NCBI GenBank assembly: GCA_043228905.1
Contig: JBHGNT010000014.1
Coordinates: 7,130,001 to 7,194,000 of the forward strand
Direction of reading: 5' to 3'
Length of the DNA stretch: 64,000 nucleotides
DNA from: Azolla caroliniana
Taxonomy: Eukaryota > Plantae > Polypodiophyta
Notes under the pieces: generated by a model
Databases searched by the model: none
What the model was told of the DNA's origin: nothing
What the model saw: only the letters and a program-made list of their open reading frames with translations
Program-made: the position numbers and the translations under genes
Shown: positions 46,143-59,134 of the stretch, piece after piece
How positions within the stretch are numbered: the stretch's first letter is position 1
How the letters are laid out: each line of letters starts with the position of its first letter

Positions 46143-47140
46143 CGGGATGCATACATTCGCAATGTTTCCGAACAGTTTGAGGTGCGACAAGATCGGCTTC
46201 CTTCCAACAAGGAGCTCGTATGGAGTTAGCTCATGCACTCCATTGGTGGCGCATCGATTCATGATATAGACAACCGTGGATGCCGCTTTGTTCCAATAGA
46301 AGTTTGGCATGTGCTTCTCATGCAACATGGCCCGTACTACCTCGAGTATTTTTTTATTCTTCTTCTCAGCAACTCCATTTTGTTGAGGTGTGTGTCGGCA
46401 TGAGAATTCTCTCCGAATGCCTTCACTTTGGAGGTAGGAGGTGAACTCGTCGGAGAAGTACTCCTTGCCTCCATCCGATCCTAGGCAACGAATGTGCCGA
46501 CCGGTTTCATTGGGAAGATCCACGTGTAGTGGAAGTAGTCATCAATGAATGTGACGAAGTATCTGCATCCACTGATCGTCGACATTTGAGCCGGTCCCCA
46601 TACATTCGAGTGTATGACCTTGAGGAGGCCTTTGCTTGTGTAGGTCTCCTTCTCCAATGGGAGTTGATGTGCCTCGACTTCGTTCTCAGCCACCATCCGA
46701 TTTTGAGAAGAACATTTGTCCTTCCGATGTCTTGGTTTTGGTTTGGATGGGGTTCTCTTCAACCATTAGCATTGATTGAAGGTCGAGGAACGAATGAGGG
46801 TTTTCCTTCGCTAAGATTGCCCTCTGTAATGAGTCAAATCGTTGTGTGAGGCCGCCCAAGCATACTTGAACCATCTCATCTTCGTCGATGATTACGTTGA
46901 TGGAGCCAAGCGAGTCGCAAATGCTCTTGATTTTGGCGGTTTAGTCTGACATAGACATATCTACTTGCCGAATGTTGTTCAACTCTTGTCGGAGTTGAAG
47001 CTTTCGGGTGGTCGTGTTGGTAGCGAACATTTTCTTTAAGTTCTCCCACGCCTCTTTGGGCGTCTCGGCGTCTTGAATGTGGCTAAGCATGTGGTCGTAG
47101 ACACATGTTGCCAAGCAATACATGCTTGCGCCCATGTTCA
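46143..47140 (-). pseudogene. Multiply deleted Copia (C1-like) gag-integrase remnant
   Basis: MYCLATCVYDHML..RKLQLRQELNNI; VIHSNVWGP; QQNGVAEKKN. Confidence 0.88.
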
Positions 47141-47141
47141 A

Positions 47142-47280
47142 TGTCAGGAATAGTATTGAAACAGAGAGGGAATTAGTACTAAGAGATGAAGATTAGTACT
47201 AAGAGGAAAAGAGGGTGTAGAACAGTCGAGAAAAAGGAGAGAGGGAGAGAAAAGAAAGAAAGAAAGAAAGATATATTAAC
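47142..47280 (-). mobile_element. Fragment of a chromovirus A-family LTR (U5 end)
   Basis: TGTCAGGAATAGTATTGAAACAGAG..TTAGTACTAAGAG matches the sequence from 21485 onward. Confidence 0.75.
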
Positions 47281-47906
47281 GTCTTCTAAGGCCAAAATTG
47301 GCCCATCAGACAAATGGTTTACAACAAAAAATGGGATATTTACCCATTCATCAAAAGTAAAAAATAAAAATAAAAATAGAGTTTTAAGCTAAATAGTTCT
47401 TGTAAAATAAAATAACAAACATGTTCTACAATGAAAATGATGTTATACTAGGCCTAATTTCATTTCCATCCAAGTTTCTCAAAGGGAAGCTAGAGGTCAA
47501 AGGGTTTCGATGTGGATGTGGCCCGTGGCCCCAATGTAAAAGGTACCCCAACCATAGCTTCTAGTCGACGTAGCACACGTTCCCTTTTCTTAATCCTTTC
47601 TACTCCGTGTCGACTTGTTTTGAAGCCCAACATCCAAGGGCATTTGGTTGTTCTTTGCGTTTCAGCTTTCTCAAGAGAGAGGCCAAGCAACGTAAGTGTA
47701 TCCACATTCATGGTCTCCCCTTGTTCCTGATAAATTACAGTAGTTACAAGTTGATGAATAGTAAAAGGGTTATGGTTAACACTTTGTAATTTATTCTCCC
47801 TATGTTGTTTTAGTTGTAAGATATATCTACCTAGTCTCTTTACATCTAGGGTATCTAATAGTTTGGAGAGGGTGGGAGAGGGTCCTAATATGTCTTGGTA
47901 TTCCCC

Positions 47907-48584
47907 TCATATCTCGACATAAGTTGGGCACTTGCATGTGAAGTGATACTCATCCTCTATCTCTATGTGGCACAACCTACATAGCTTGTCCTCCCTAGGG
48001 ACTCTATTAGCCCGACCATTCTCAATCTCAAGTTGGTGAGATGATATCCTAAGTTGTCCAATGGCAACCCTTAGTGCATTTGATAAGAATGTATCTAGAT
48101 ATCTTGGTCGTGTAATAAAACCTAATTGAGAGAAGTGTAAGAAGTGTTCCTTATAGTACAACATTTTAGATGGGAGTGACTCTCGTGGGGTGATCCATTT
48201 ATATCGAGTGTAAATTTGCCATATTTCTTGGCGTATCACTTTATTACGGTCTTCATGAGATATTAGAGTTTGGTCAGTCCCATGGTTGTACTTAAGGTGG
48301 GGTAGGTTATTAATGTCTATACCGTTTGCAAGTAACCAACTCACCACAGTGCTATACCAAGAGCTAGTGTCTCCAAACGCATGTAGGGATCGAGATGCCT
48401 CAAAGGCTCGACGGGATATCCTATCTTGTGGTTGGCTATGTATCCGATGAATAACAACTACCACTTGAAACAATGCTTCTACTAACATCGGGGGTGCTGC
48501 TCTAATAATGTCATGTGGTACTGCCATGTCTTGAGTGCATGAATAACTGCAAATAATTCCTTTTCTTGCACGGTATACCGTCAC
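47907..48584 (-). pseudogene. C-terminal part of a non-LTR retrotransposon (LINE) ORF2
   Basis: LRISSHQLEIENGR..PREDKLCRLCHIEIEDEYHFTCKCP, a CCHC-type tail typical of RTEX/L1-like ORF2 C-termini. No RT domain retained. Confidence 0.75.
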
Positions 48585-48589
48585 TGAGC

Positions 48590-51190
48590 AGAATCAAGTT
48601 TCTTACTCTCAAATGGTATTGGTTTGCCATCTTGATATAGGACGACACCTATAGCATAATCACTTGCGTCTGTTTCAACCTGAAAAGGTTTTGAAGGATC
48701 TGGTAAAAGAAGCGAAAGAGCTTTTCACACCAGGTTCTTGAGCTCCTTAAAGGTGAAGCCTAGTGTAGCATTCCACACAATAGGTTTTGTAGACTTACGC
48801 GTTTGACCTTTGAGAAGATCAGTAAATGGTGTCGTCAATTCGGAGTAATTATGAATAAATTTTCGTGAAAAACTGACAAAACCAAGGAATGATTGAACTT
48901 CTCGAATATTCTGAAGAGTGGGCTAAAGTTTGACTTTCTCGATGCGAGAATGATCAACATCAACTCCTCGTTCGGTTATGAGATGTCCAAGATAAGTAAT
49001 TGATTTCTTGAAGAACTCACATTTTGAGATCTTTGCGTAAAACTGTTTGTCGCGCAATGTTTGTAACACAAAGTGGGCATGTTTAGGATGTTCTTCTAAT
49101 GTACGACTATAAACTAGAATATCATCCAAGAAAATGACGACAAATTTTCCAAGTTGTTCTCGGAAAATGTCATTCATTTCTTGTTGGTCAAACCGAAAGG
49201 CATGACCAAAAACTCATAATGTCCATAACGCATATGCAATGTTGTTTTAGGAACATCTTCCTCACTTATACGAATTTGATGGTAGCCCGTACGGAGATCA
49301 AGTTTCGTAAAATACCGAGCTCCCTAGAGACGGTCAATTAGATCGTCAGCCAGGGCAATGGATATGAATTCTTGATCGTCACATTATTTAAGCATCGGTA
49401 ATTAATACACATACGCCATGTGCCCTCTTTCATTTTTACCAAGAGAATAGGTGCACCCCATGGAGATTTACTATAACGTATATAACCCATTCGTAAATAA
49501 TCCTTGAGTTGCTTAGATACCTCATCCTCTTCGGATCAACTTAAGCGATAAGGAGGTATACTTATTGATGCAACGCCAGGTACAATATCTATACGATGGT
49601 CTATGTTATGTTTGGGAGGTAACCCATGAGGTAGTTCACTCGAAAAAACATCACGTAAATCATTTAAGATTTCATCGAGTTGTTGTTGTTCAAAATATGA
49701 TAATTGACCCAAGACATTATCGATATTGTAAATGTGAATGTTCGGATCAAGTACACAATAAAATAAAGAAGAACAAGACAACTTGGATATTGATGGAGAG
49801 GAAACAATTGAAAGAGATTGCTTATTTACACATTGAATAAAATGAGTATAATCGTTTAGTACAAAGGTAATGGAATGGTGAACCCAATCAATAGATAAAG
49901 AAGAGTTTTTTAAAAAACCAGGGATAAGCCAATATTACATCAGTGGTACAAAGATTCATTACATGGAAGTCTACTTCCTCTATGTAAGTATCAATAGAAA
50001 TTCCTAATGAATAAATTGTCATGTTGATGTATTGTACTCTTCCATCAGTCAAGTGCACCTTATAGGTGTGATCACTTACGGTGGGTTAGATTCCCCATAT
50101 CTGAACCAAACGATCATTCGTGACAAAGATGTGTGAGCTTCCCGAATCAAATAAAAATTGTACGGGAGATCCATTGATATACCTGTTTGCACATAGTAAA
50201 TCATTGGGTCCCAATACATAGTGAGGGAAAAAACATTTACAATTACTTAAATGATGTGTATAGAACTCAAGGACATCAGGAATCTAACCTTTATACTATG
50301 CAACTTTGGTTTTGTTGTCGTGCTCTTTCCGTTGGAGCTTTCGGCATTGCTCTTTTGTATGACCCTTCTTTTTGCAAAATACGCAAAAAGGATTTTGTCT
50401 TGCGTTTCCCAACGAATTGCGCCTGCTTACTCTCGAGCGCTTCGTTGGGTTTGTTATGGTCCTTCTTCGGAGTGCGTTGATAGCGAAGAACGATTTCAAT
50501 GGCCTCTTTGAAGGATTTGGGATCCTTATCGTACACTATGCATTGATAGTCCGAATTGGAGATGCCATTAACAAAACAAGTTATTAACCAGTTGTCTCCT
50601 TCTAGACCTAATTTTTGGATTTGGGTTCTAGCATGGTGAACATAGTCTTCTGCGAGGAAAATTTCTGGCTAGAGAGGTTCATTAATGTTTGTGCTGCCTC
50701 GGTTCGAGATGGAGGTTGCAGAAATTGGCCCTTGAAAATTGTGACAAAGTCTATCTAGGTATCAGGCAAATTCCCCATAGTGCGGAGCCCACACCACTAG
50801 GCGGCGGCCTTACCCCCTAGTTCTCGACCAACATATGCAATCTTCGTACTATATGGCTTGGGATAGAGCTCAAAATGAGATTCCCATCAGCCCAACCACG
50901 TGCAAATTGCTTCTTCGGTTCTTTCCTTTTTTTCTCCCATAAATGGCTTTACAACAAATGATGGTTCACCTTGACCCTCATCGGGTCTATTAGTATCATG
51001 TTGTATACTAATGACACGTGCCTCGAGAGCACTATGAGATTGCCGAAGTTCGGAAATCTCATGCAAGGTAGAATTAAGGAAATTTTGTATTTCTAAAAGA
51101 TACGACTCAATGGGGATTGGCCCATGAGGATTTCCTTGAATTCCTTCCGCTTGGGCGGATGACATCGGGTCATTATTATGAGCCATTGAA
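48590..51190 (-). pseudogene. Decayed Gypsy element (seed-plant chromovirus-like gag, protease, RT, start of RNase H)
   Basis: CVFCKKKGHTKEQC, FLFDSGSSHIFV, LPHGLPPKHNIDHRIDIVPG, VIFLDDILVYS. Confidence 0.85.
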
Positions 51191-51865
51191 TGATAATTTC
51201 TGGCACAGAAATAGGATAAGGTCAGACAAATAGTCATAACATTATGTTGTGATGTAAACATATCATGGGCAAACATTAATCGATATCATGATCTCACGTC
51301 AATACCCCTCTAGACATATGACATGAGGTTCAAGATCAGGTTACTATGGTAACACAAAAGTGTTTTAAAAACAATGAGGGTGACAAATGAGTGTCTTTCC
51401 CCGATCTCTATATGGATTTTTTCATGGTGGCTTCCCGAGGCCCAACCATGTATGTTTGCATCATGAATAGTTTAAACACGAAAAAATGTTAAGAATAAAC
51501 TATGTCTCTGTGCCCACACATGTGGTTTCAGCTCTTTAAGTCCTATTATGAGGACCCCGAAGTGCACTTAGACCTAAAGTCTAAACATGTATTATAGTCA
51601 TATGTATCAACAATGTTGTATGGTCTTTGTCATATTTGAACTCAAGACCTCGAGAACAAATGCATTAAACACTTGAACTAACCAAATTGTTTGCTCCTTT
51701 TGAATATTTAATGTTTATGCGTATCAGAGATATGTGAAGGCATTTGCCCATATATGTTTTTTAAATGAAAACATATATGTCGAGAGTCCTTATTTCCCCC
51801 TCATTTACTACAAAACCATGTTGGTACGTTACCAACCTCAAGTCTCATAATTACAGTAGCATACA

Positions 51866-51983
51866 CCAAAGTGCAACCTAATGGTGTCATTACGAATGCC
51901 TTCAGTAATGATGATCTCATGGTGCCAAAGTGCAACCTAATGGTGTCATTACGAATGCCTTCAGTAATGATGATCTCATGGTG
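51866..51983. repeat. Perfect 59-bp tandem duplication
   Basis: CCAAAGTGCAACCTAATGG..GATCTCATGGTG at 51866 and 51925. Confidence 0.9.
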
Positions 51984-53184
51984 GCATCGTATCCATTGTC
52001 AAGATATAGCAAGACTCGAACACTTGTCATTCTAAGGGGGATAGTGTCATGATATGGCAAGACTCGAACCCATGACCTTCTGTTACATGGGTCGAGCTCT
52101 TGACCATTCGACTATGTGGTTTAATACAAAGGATATTATTTTCATTTAAGTTTATAGAAAATTGATGTATATTCCAAATTTCTCGAGAACATTCTAGAAA
52201 CTTCAGGAGTACTCCTGAGAACACTATAAAATGAGGCATAAGGCATTATTTCAAACCAAATCGGTTCAACGCGAGTCTTCAACCTCCTACCTACTATTGT
52301 ATATTCTCTTAACATAATATATATATTATGTTATCATCATTCTCTCTCTCTCTCTCTCTAGAACTCACTCGAACTCACTCTTTCCTTCTCTTGAGAGTTC
52401 TACACCTCCCTTAGTATTAATCCTCAACTTTTAGTACTAAGTCCTTCTCTGTCTTAATACTGTTCCTGACAGTACTTCTCTGTCTCAGTACTGCTCCTGA
52501 CAGTTTGAAGCAATTTTTCTCTTTCCTTCTCTTCCTTTATCTTCTTACTTCTCCCTCCCTTCATACTAATCTCTTATTCCTCTTTTCTCTCATACTATGG
52601 CCACTGTTAGCGCTCAAGAATATCAATCCATTTTTTTCGGAGTTACAATGCTTGAAAGAGAAGTTTCTCGCATTGAAATAAGAAAATCAACGACTGTTGG
52701 GGGAGCTTCAACAAATCTCCTTAGAGAAGTAGCAAATGCAAGAACAACACGGGGAACTAGCATTACGCATGCAACAGCACGAAGCAACCATAGTAGCAAT
52801 GCAACAACAAGAACCCAGTACGCAAGGGGTTCATAAAGAACCCAAGATTGGCCTTCCCATGAAATTCGATGGAACGCGATCGTAGTTTAGAGGATTCCTT
52901 AATCAGGCACGATTAGTCATTCAAATGCATCCTTCCTGATATCCCAACGATGCATCACAAGTGGGTTTAGTAGGCACGTTGTTAAGTGGCTCAACTTTTG
53001 CATGGTTCGCTCCATTGTTAAAAAAGGAATCTCCTTTACTAAACAATTTTGAAGAGTTTTTAATTGAGTTTAAAGCCTGTTTTCGAGATACTAACAGCAT
53101 AAGGACAACAATCAACAAAATCCGACGATTACATCAAGGTAATTGTCCAGCCTTCGCATACGCTGCAAATTTCTGCCTACTCGC

Positions 53185-53886
53185 CTCTGATAACCCCTGG
53201 GATGACCAAGCACTTATGGAGCAATTTCGTTATGGTCTACGTAACGATGTCAAGGATTTACTCTTGACCTTCCCCGAAGAACCAAAGTCATTGACAGAAG
53301 CAATCAATCGCACGATGAGATGCGACAACCGTCTTTTCAAATGACGTTCGGAACGTCAATTCCAGATGCCAAGGGCAAGATTAGAGCCCAACTATGCCTC
53401 AGTGGTAGCAAAACCTTTTCAAAGGGAGTCATATAATGCGTCTCCAGTAAATACTCCAACTCCGATGGAAATTGACACTACACGTTGTCGCGGTTTTCCG
53501 CAAGTACGTGTAAGATCTTAGGCGGGACCGTGGGGGTCTTGGACTAGGGAGTAGAGGGGGAATGGAAGCTTAGCTCGAGAGGAGAGGAGAAAGAATAGGA
53601 CATAAACATAGAATGGATGAAGGCAAGTTATACAAACGAGTTATATTAAGAAACACCAAACACTTTACAACCATGGCTGCATAGGCCGAACGAAAACACT
53701 ATATGGAACCCTAACCGGATAAGTAAAGTAAAGAAGATGATGAAGAAGAAACCCTAAACAAAACCCTAAACCCGAAATGGTATGAAGAAAAGAAGAATAG
53801 TAAAACCCTAGACGAAACCCTAAAACCAAAATGGAAATCCCCGACCTAAGTGGTATACCTCTCTCACTCAAAATAGGCAACCCCTT
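53185..53886 (+). repeat. ~700-bp direct repeat (second copy 58835-59535) spanning part of G gag and the first ~400 bp of a solo LTR
   Basis: Both copies run from CTCTGATAACCCCT to ATAGGCAACCCCTT with scattered substitutions. Confidence 0.92.
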
Positions 53887-53887
53887 A

Positions 53888-56260
53888 AGGAGAAATGTAT
53901 CTTGGTCGACTACTTGCACGAGTAGAAGGGGTACAAGTGTACAACCCCCAGTCAAAGCAATTGCAAGTGAGTCGTGATGTCGTCTTTGACAAATCAACAT
54001 CTTGTTTCTCCTTTCTGCCTCCAACCCCGGAAACGTCTGAACTGAATTCTGAATACAAGCCTCACCTTATGGTTGAGGAAGAAATCAACACTCAAGAGGA
54101 GAGCCCGATCTCATTCCGGGTAAGGAGGTTGAATGAGAGACTGAACGACCACTTAGATGAGGAGCCAATGAGTAGTGGCGACTTGGTCGTGCAGTCCCCG
54201 TGCCAGAAGCTGAGGAGACAATTTACGTGCATCGGATCAAGGTGAATCCGACGTGACCAAGAGCTAAGATGGACCTCATGAGTTGAGGATGGAGTTGGCC
54301 AAGAGGGCCATGACATCGGCAAAGCGAAAGTTGCGTTGATCAACTCGTCAAAAGAACCCCGTAGTTCAGTACGGGTACAACGAATACATGGCGCATCACT
54401 ATGTGTATATGGCAAAGGTGGCGGAAGTGCGTGAGCCGGAGAGCTACGCAGAGGCAGTGAAGGATGCGAATTGGCGTGCCGCTATGGAGGAAGAGATGCG
54501 CGCATTGACAGAAAATGAGACATGGGACCTGGTTGCGTCCCCAAGGGTGTGAAGCCGATCGGATGCAAGTGGGTGTACAAGGTAAACTACAACGCCGATG
54601 GCTCCGTCAACCGGTACAATGCCCGACTGGTGGCCAAGGGCTACGCACAACTGCACGACATCGACTACGATGAGACATGCGCGTTGGTTGCCAATATGAC
54701 AACCGTTTGGGTGCTGCTGGCGGTAACAGCGGCAAAGGGATAACATCTACACTAGATGGATGTTAAGAACATGTTCCTTCAAGGAAAACTTGAGGAACAA
54801 GTGTACATGGTACAACCTCCTGGATTTTAGTCCAGATTGAACACGTTGGTTGTCTGCCAACTGAAGAAGTACCTCTACGGACTCAAGTAAGCCCCGCGTG
54901 CTTGGAACGTGAAGATCACACAGAGGTAGCGTAGGATGGGGTTTTTGACGTCGAAATCAAACCCTTCACTTTTCATCCGGCAGGGTCAACATGGGCCGGT
55001 AAGCATTTTGCTATATGTAGATGATTTAGTTATCGCCGGCGCTAACCTGGAAGGAATCAGTCCTGTGAAGTCTTTGCTAGTGGCATTGTTTGAGATGAAG
55101 GATCTGGGGGACCTTCACTACTTCCTCGGGATCGAAGTGATCCGCACCCCCAAAGGCATACTGATCAGCCAAAGGCATTATGTGATGAGTATGCTCTTTA
55201 GGTTCGGAATGATGCATTGCAAATCCGTCTCGACCCCTCTAGACCGAAATGTGAAGCTTCACCCCAAAACGGTTCTTACAGATTGTCGAAAGTCTCATCT
55301 ATCTGGCCATCACCCGGCCGGACCTCAGATATACGGGCAGACTGATAAGTCAGTTTATGTTGCAGCCGATGGTCAAGCATCTTCAGTGTGCGCAAAGGAT
55401 ACTCCGATATGTCAACGTCACAAAAGATAGGGCGTTGCTATATTGGACCGGTGTAGCTCAAGAATTGGTCGGCTATATGGATGCCGGTTTAGCCGGGATG
55501 CCAACGATCGTAGGTCAACATTCAGGTTTGCGTTTTCATTGGGATGTGCCACAATCGCATGGAGCAGTAAAAAGCAGCCGATAGTTGCTCTGTGGAGAAG
55601 CAAGGCCGAATACCGAGGAGCTGTTGTCACGACTTGTGAAGCCATTTGGCTTAAGCTGCTATTGAAGGATCTGCAAATGGAGGTGTCCGAGCCGACAGAC
55701 ATATACTGTGACAACCTCATATACCGAGCCGACAGTCCCAGCTAGCCAAGAATGCCATATTCCATGCTCACACAAAGCACATAGAAATGCATTGCCACTT
55801 TGTGCGCGAGTGGGTCCTGAGCGGTGAAGTCGACCTCTGGTATGTTGTAACACAAGGAGCCGACCTCAAGTTGAGTTTAAGGGGAGTGTTGAGCGAGCAA
55901 GCTCAACATGGGCCAGACTGGCTGGACAAGCCGTCAGGTCAAACCGGATATGATACGGTTGGCTAGGCTCACTTAGGCTTATATGCGTAAGCTTCGGACT
56001 AGGTTCCGAACCGGCTGAAGAAGCTGAATGACTGAGCGGTTGTGGCAGCCGATCCGGAATGTTACACGGCTGATTAGATCTATTCTAGTAAATAGGCCTA
56101 ATATAGGTAGTTAGTATCGGAGGCTCTTTTAAGAGCATTCAAGAACATGTCAATACTTCATGACAGCCCTATCATATGGGCTTGTATACATAAAAGTGCA
56201 TTTGAGCACTATTGTTTGTATTGAGGTTTTCATTGTTTTCGAAATATACTTCGTGTTGTC
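53888..56260 (+). pseudogene. 3' half of a decayed Copia (integrase end, RT, RNase H, PPT, LTR from 55887)
   Basis: EKCILV..KGYK, CKWVYKVNYNADGSVNRYNARLVAKG, LLYVDDLV, AWSSKKQ; AAGGGGAG followed by TGTTGAG. Right end approximate. Confidence 0.88.
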
Positions 56261-56321
56261 TGCTCACTCAGTCTCTCTATTAGGCCCCTGGTCACTCTGG
56301 TTGTACGCCGGATTCCGCGCC

Positions 56322-58834
56322 TCACGTGTCGCGTGTGTCCCTCCTTTGGTTCGACCATCTCCTCGTCCTGAGCACCTCAGCGTGCCGTCTCTCTCCATTC
56401 CGCATGTGGTTTCCGTAGGCTCCTCCCATGTGTCGATGTCTTCCTCCAAATACGCGCTCGTTCTTTTTGTCCTTATGTGACCCCATTACGCGCTCCTTGT
56501 TTCTCCCTTGCTCATCGTGCTCTCTCGTGGTAGAGCATATCGTCATCCCAACCTTTGTGTCGGGGTCCTTCACTGCTCTCATTACTGCTTCATCCCGACT
56601 CGCGCCCTCTTGGCCTGCTTGGCCCATTTGGCCTTGCATGTCCTCCGGGACGCCGTGTTTTCTCTTCCCGGTGCGTGGCCCTTTGCTCTCCATGCACCAT
56701 CCTCTGCTCTCGCCGTTCATCCACCGATCTCGGCAACTCACCGCTCCGCCTTCCATCCCATGTTTTCCTCTCAAAGGCTCGACCGGACCACTATCACTAG
56801 TCACTCGTTGCCACTCTTCCGGGTGCATGCTTGTTTCTTGGCCCTTTACCGGCCGTAGTGCATGCTCCGTTTCACGCCCTTCACTCGCCCTAGTCCCGAC
56901 CTCCATGTTGGCCTCTTCTTCCTTCGTCCTCATAGTCCTTTCCGGCTCCGTTTGGCCCTCTTGGCCCCACTCGTCCGTCTTTTTGCACCAAATACCCGTT
57001 CTGGTAACCTCGACTCCTCCGGTCTCCGACTCCTCGCCGCCTCTTACCGTCTCTCCGGTCTTACGTCGATCCGCAGCCGACGAAGTCTCTAGAATAGGTG
57101 TGGAGGGTTCCTCTTGTTTCCAGTCTTCCACCGGACCATAGTCGTTGCGCCCGCTTGGCCTCCTTCTCGCGCTCACTGGTTCCTACCGCGTGTCATGGCT
57201 CGTGTACCTCGACCTCCAATTATGCCAGCATAGCCCTTGCCCGGATCGATCTTGACCGATCGGGTTCCGGTTCGGTCGACTCTCTTCCAAGATTGTAACC
57301 GGCCAATACGGGTTCGACCGAACAATCCCGGCCTCACCGGCTCTTCTTCGATTCTGGCCTGGTTGACCGACCCCCGCTCCAATCTTCTTCCGCGTCGTCT
57401 TCCGGTCGTGTCGGATTACCGACCGGTTAGTCTTCCGGTCAGGTCAGTTCCCGACTCTCTCCTCTTTGCCGCTCCCGACCTCCCTTGCGGTCCTTCCGCA
57501 CGTGCCCACTCCGGGCCTCGCATCCTCACGGCCATCGCCAATCTCTCTTGTTTTATTTTGGTACACAACCACCGAAGTCTCCGGCCCCGGTGTCGAGGGA
57601 TCTCTCCTCCATCCGCTACGATCTTTCTCGTCATCGTTTCGGTCGTCTGCCTTGCCGCCGCCACAGTCCACACGGTCCATCATTCTAGGTCTCACGCCGG
57701 CACTCGGGCCGGCCACCGGAGTTTCTAGAACCGATGTGGGTAAGGTCCTGATACCACCACTCTTCGTGTCCATAGCCACCTTCGTCCGGACGTCGTTGTC
57801 CGCGGCTAGCCCGTATCTGATTATGCAAGCCTCTATTATGCTTGCCTCCTCCTATTCCTCGTTCTCCTTGTCGTCGTCTTGGTTGCCCACCTTGCCACCG
57901 CCACCGTCCGCCACTCTAGGTGCCATGCTGGCTCTCGGGCCGGCCACCGGAGTCTCTAGAACCGGTGTGGGTAAGGTCCCGGCACCGCCGCTCGTCATGT
58001 CCGTAGCCACCTCATTCCCCTTGTCGTCATCTTGGTCACCCACCTTGCCGCCACCACCGTCCGTCACTCTAGGTCACACATCGGGTCTCACGCCGGTCGT
58101 CGGAGTCTCTAGAACTAGTGTGGGTAAGGTCTCAGCACCGCCGCTCGTCATGTCCGTAGCCACCTCATTCCCCTTGTCTTCATCTTGGTCACACGCCCTG
58201 CCACCGCCACCGTTTGTCACTCTAGGTCTCACGCCGGCTCTCGGGCCGGCCGCCAGAGTCTCTACAACCGGTGTGGGTAAGGTCCCAACACCGCCGCTTG
58301 TCATGTCCGTAGCCACCTCGTTCCCCTTGTCATCATCTTGGTCACCCGCCTTGCTGCCGCAACCGTCCGTCACTCTAGGTCTCACGCCGGCCCTCGGGCC
58401 GGCCGCCAGAGTCTCTAGAACCGGTGTGGGTAAGGTCCCGGCACTACCGCTTGTCACGTCCGTAGCTGTCTCCATCCCGACGTCGTTGTCCGTGGCTACC
58501 CAATCTCCGTAGTCACCGGCCTCATTCATGGTCGTCCTTTCGAACTTCGCCTTCATGCTCTCATACACCTCCCACACCAACTCCTCGATGTCGTACTCCT
58601 CCGATCCATCATGCGTTGAGCTCTCCTCCGGCGGTAGTGCGTAGTCACTCACCGCCCTCTCTTCTCTGCCGCTTGCAAGTCGTGTTGTGGCTGACCGCTT
58701 CTCATCGTGTTGCCGGCATACCCGCCCCGGTTTCGCATACTCATACGCCTCCAATAGAGCTCCCTCAAAGGACTCCCACAAATCGTGAGCTTCTCGTAGC
58801 TCCTTGGCCTCTCTGGGCATCGATACGACTGCCA
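56322..58834 (-). pseudogene. GC-rich decayed ORF with a gag-like start and 153-bp (51-codon) tandem repeats
   Basis: ELREAHDLWESFEGALLEAY resembles retrotransposon gag. Repeat unit starts at 57868, 58021, 58174 and 58327 (DDDKGNEVATDMTSGGAGTLPTPVLET...). Confidence 0.6.
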
Positions 58835-59134
58835 CTCTGATAACCCCTAGGATGACCAAGCACTTATGGAGCAATTTCGTTATGGTCTACGTAACGATGT
58901 CAAGGATTTACTCTTCACCTTCCCTGAAGAACCAAAGTCATTGATAGAAGCAATCATCGCACGATGGGATGCGACAACCGTCTTTTCAAACGACGTTCGG
59001 AACGTCAATTCCAGATGCCAAGGGCAAGATTAGAGCCCAACTACGCCTCAATGGTAGCAAAACCTTTTCAAAGGGAGTCATATAATGCGTCTCCAGTAAA
59101 TACTCCAACTCCGATGGAAATTGACACTACACGT

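Noticed and set aside
57466-58512. 348-aa Pro/Ser/Thr-rich plus-strand ORF resembling an extensin or mucin
   Set aside because: It arises from GC-rich 153-bp repeats. The opposite strand carries the gag-like context, and there is no signal peptide or gene structure.
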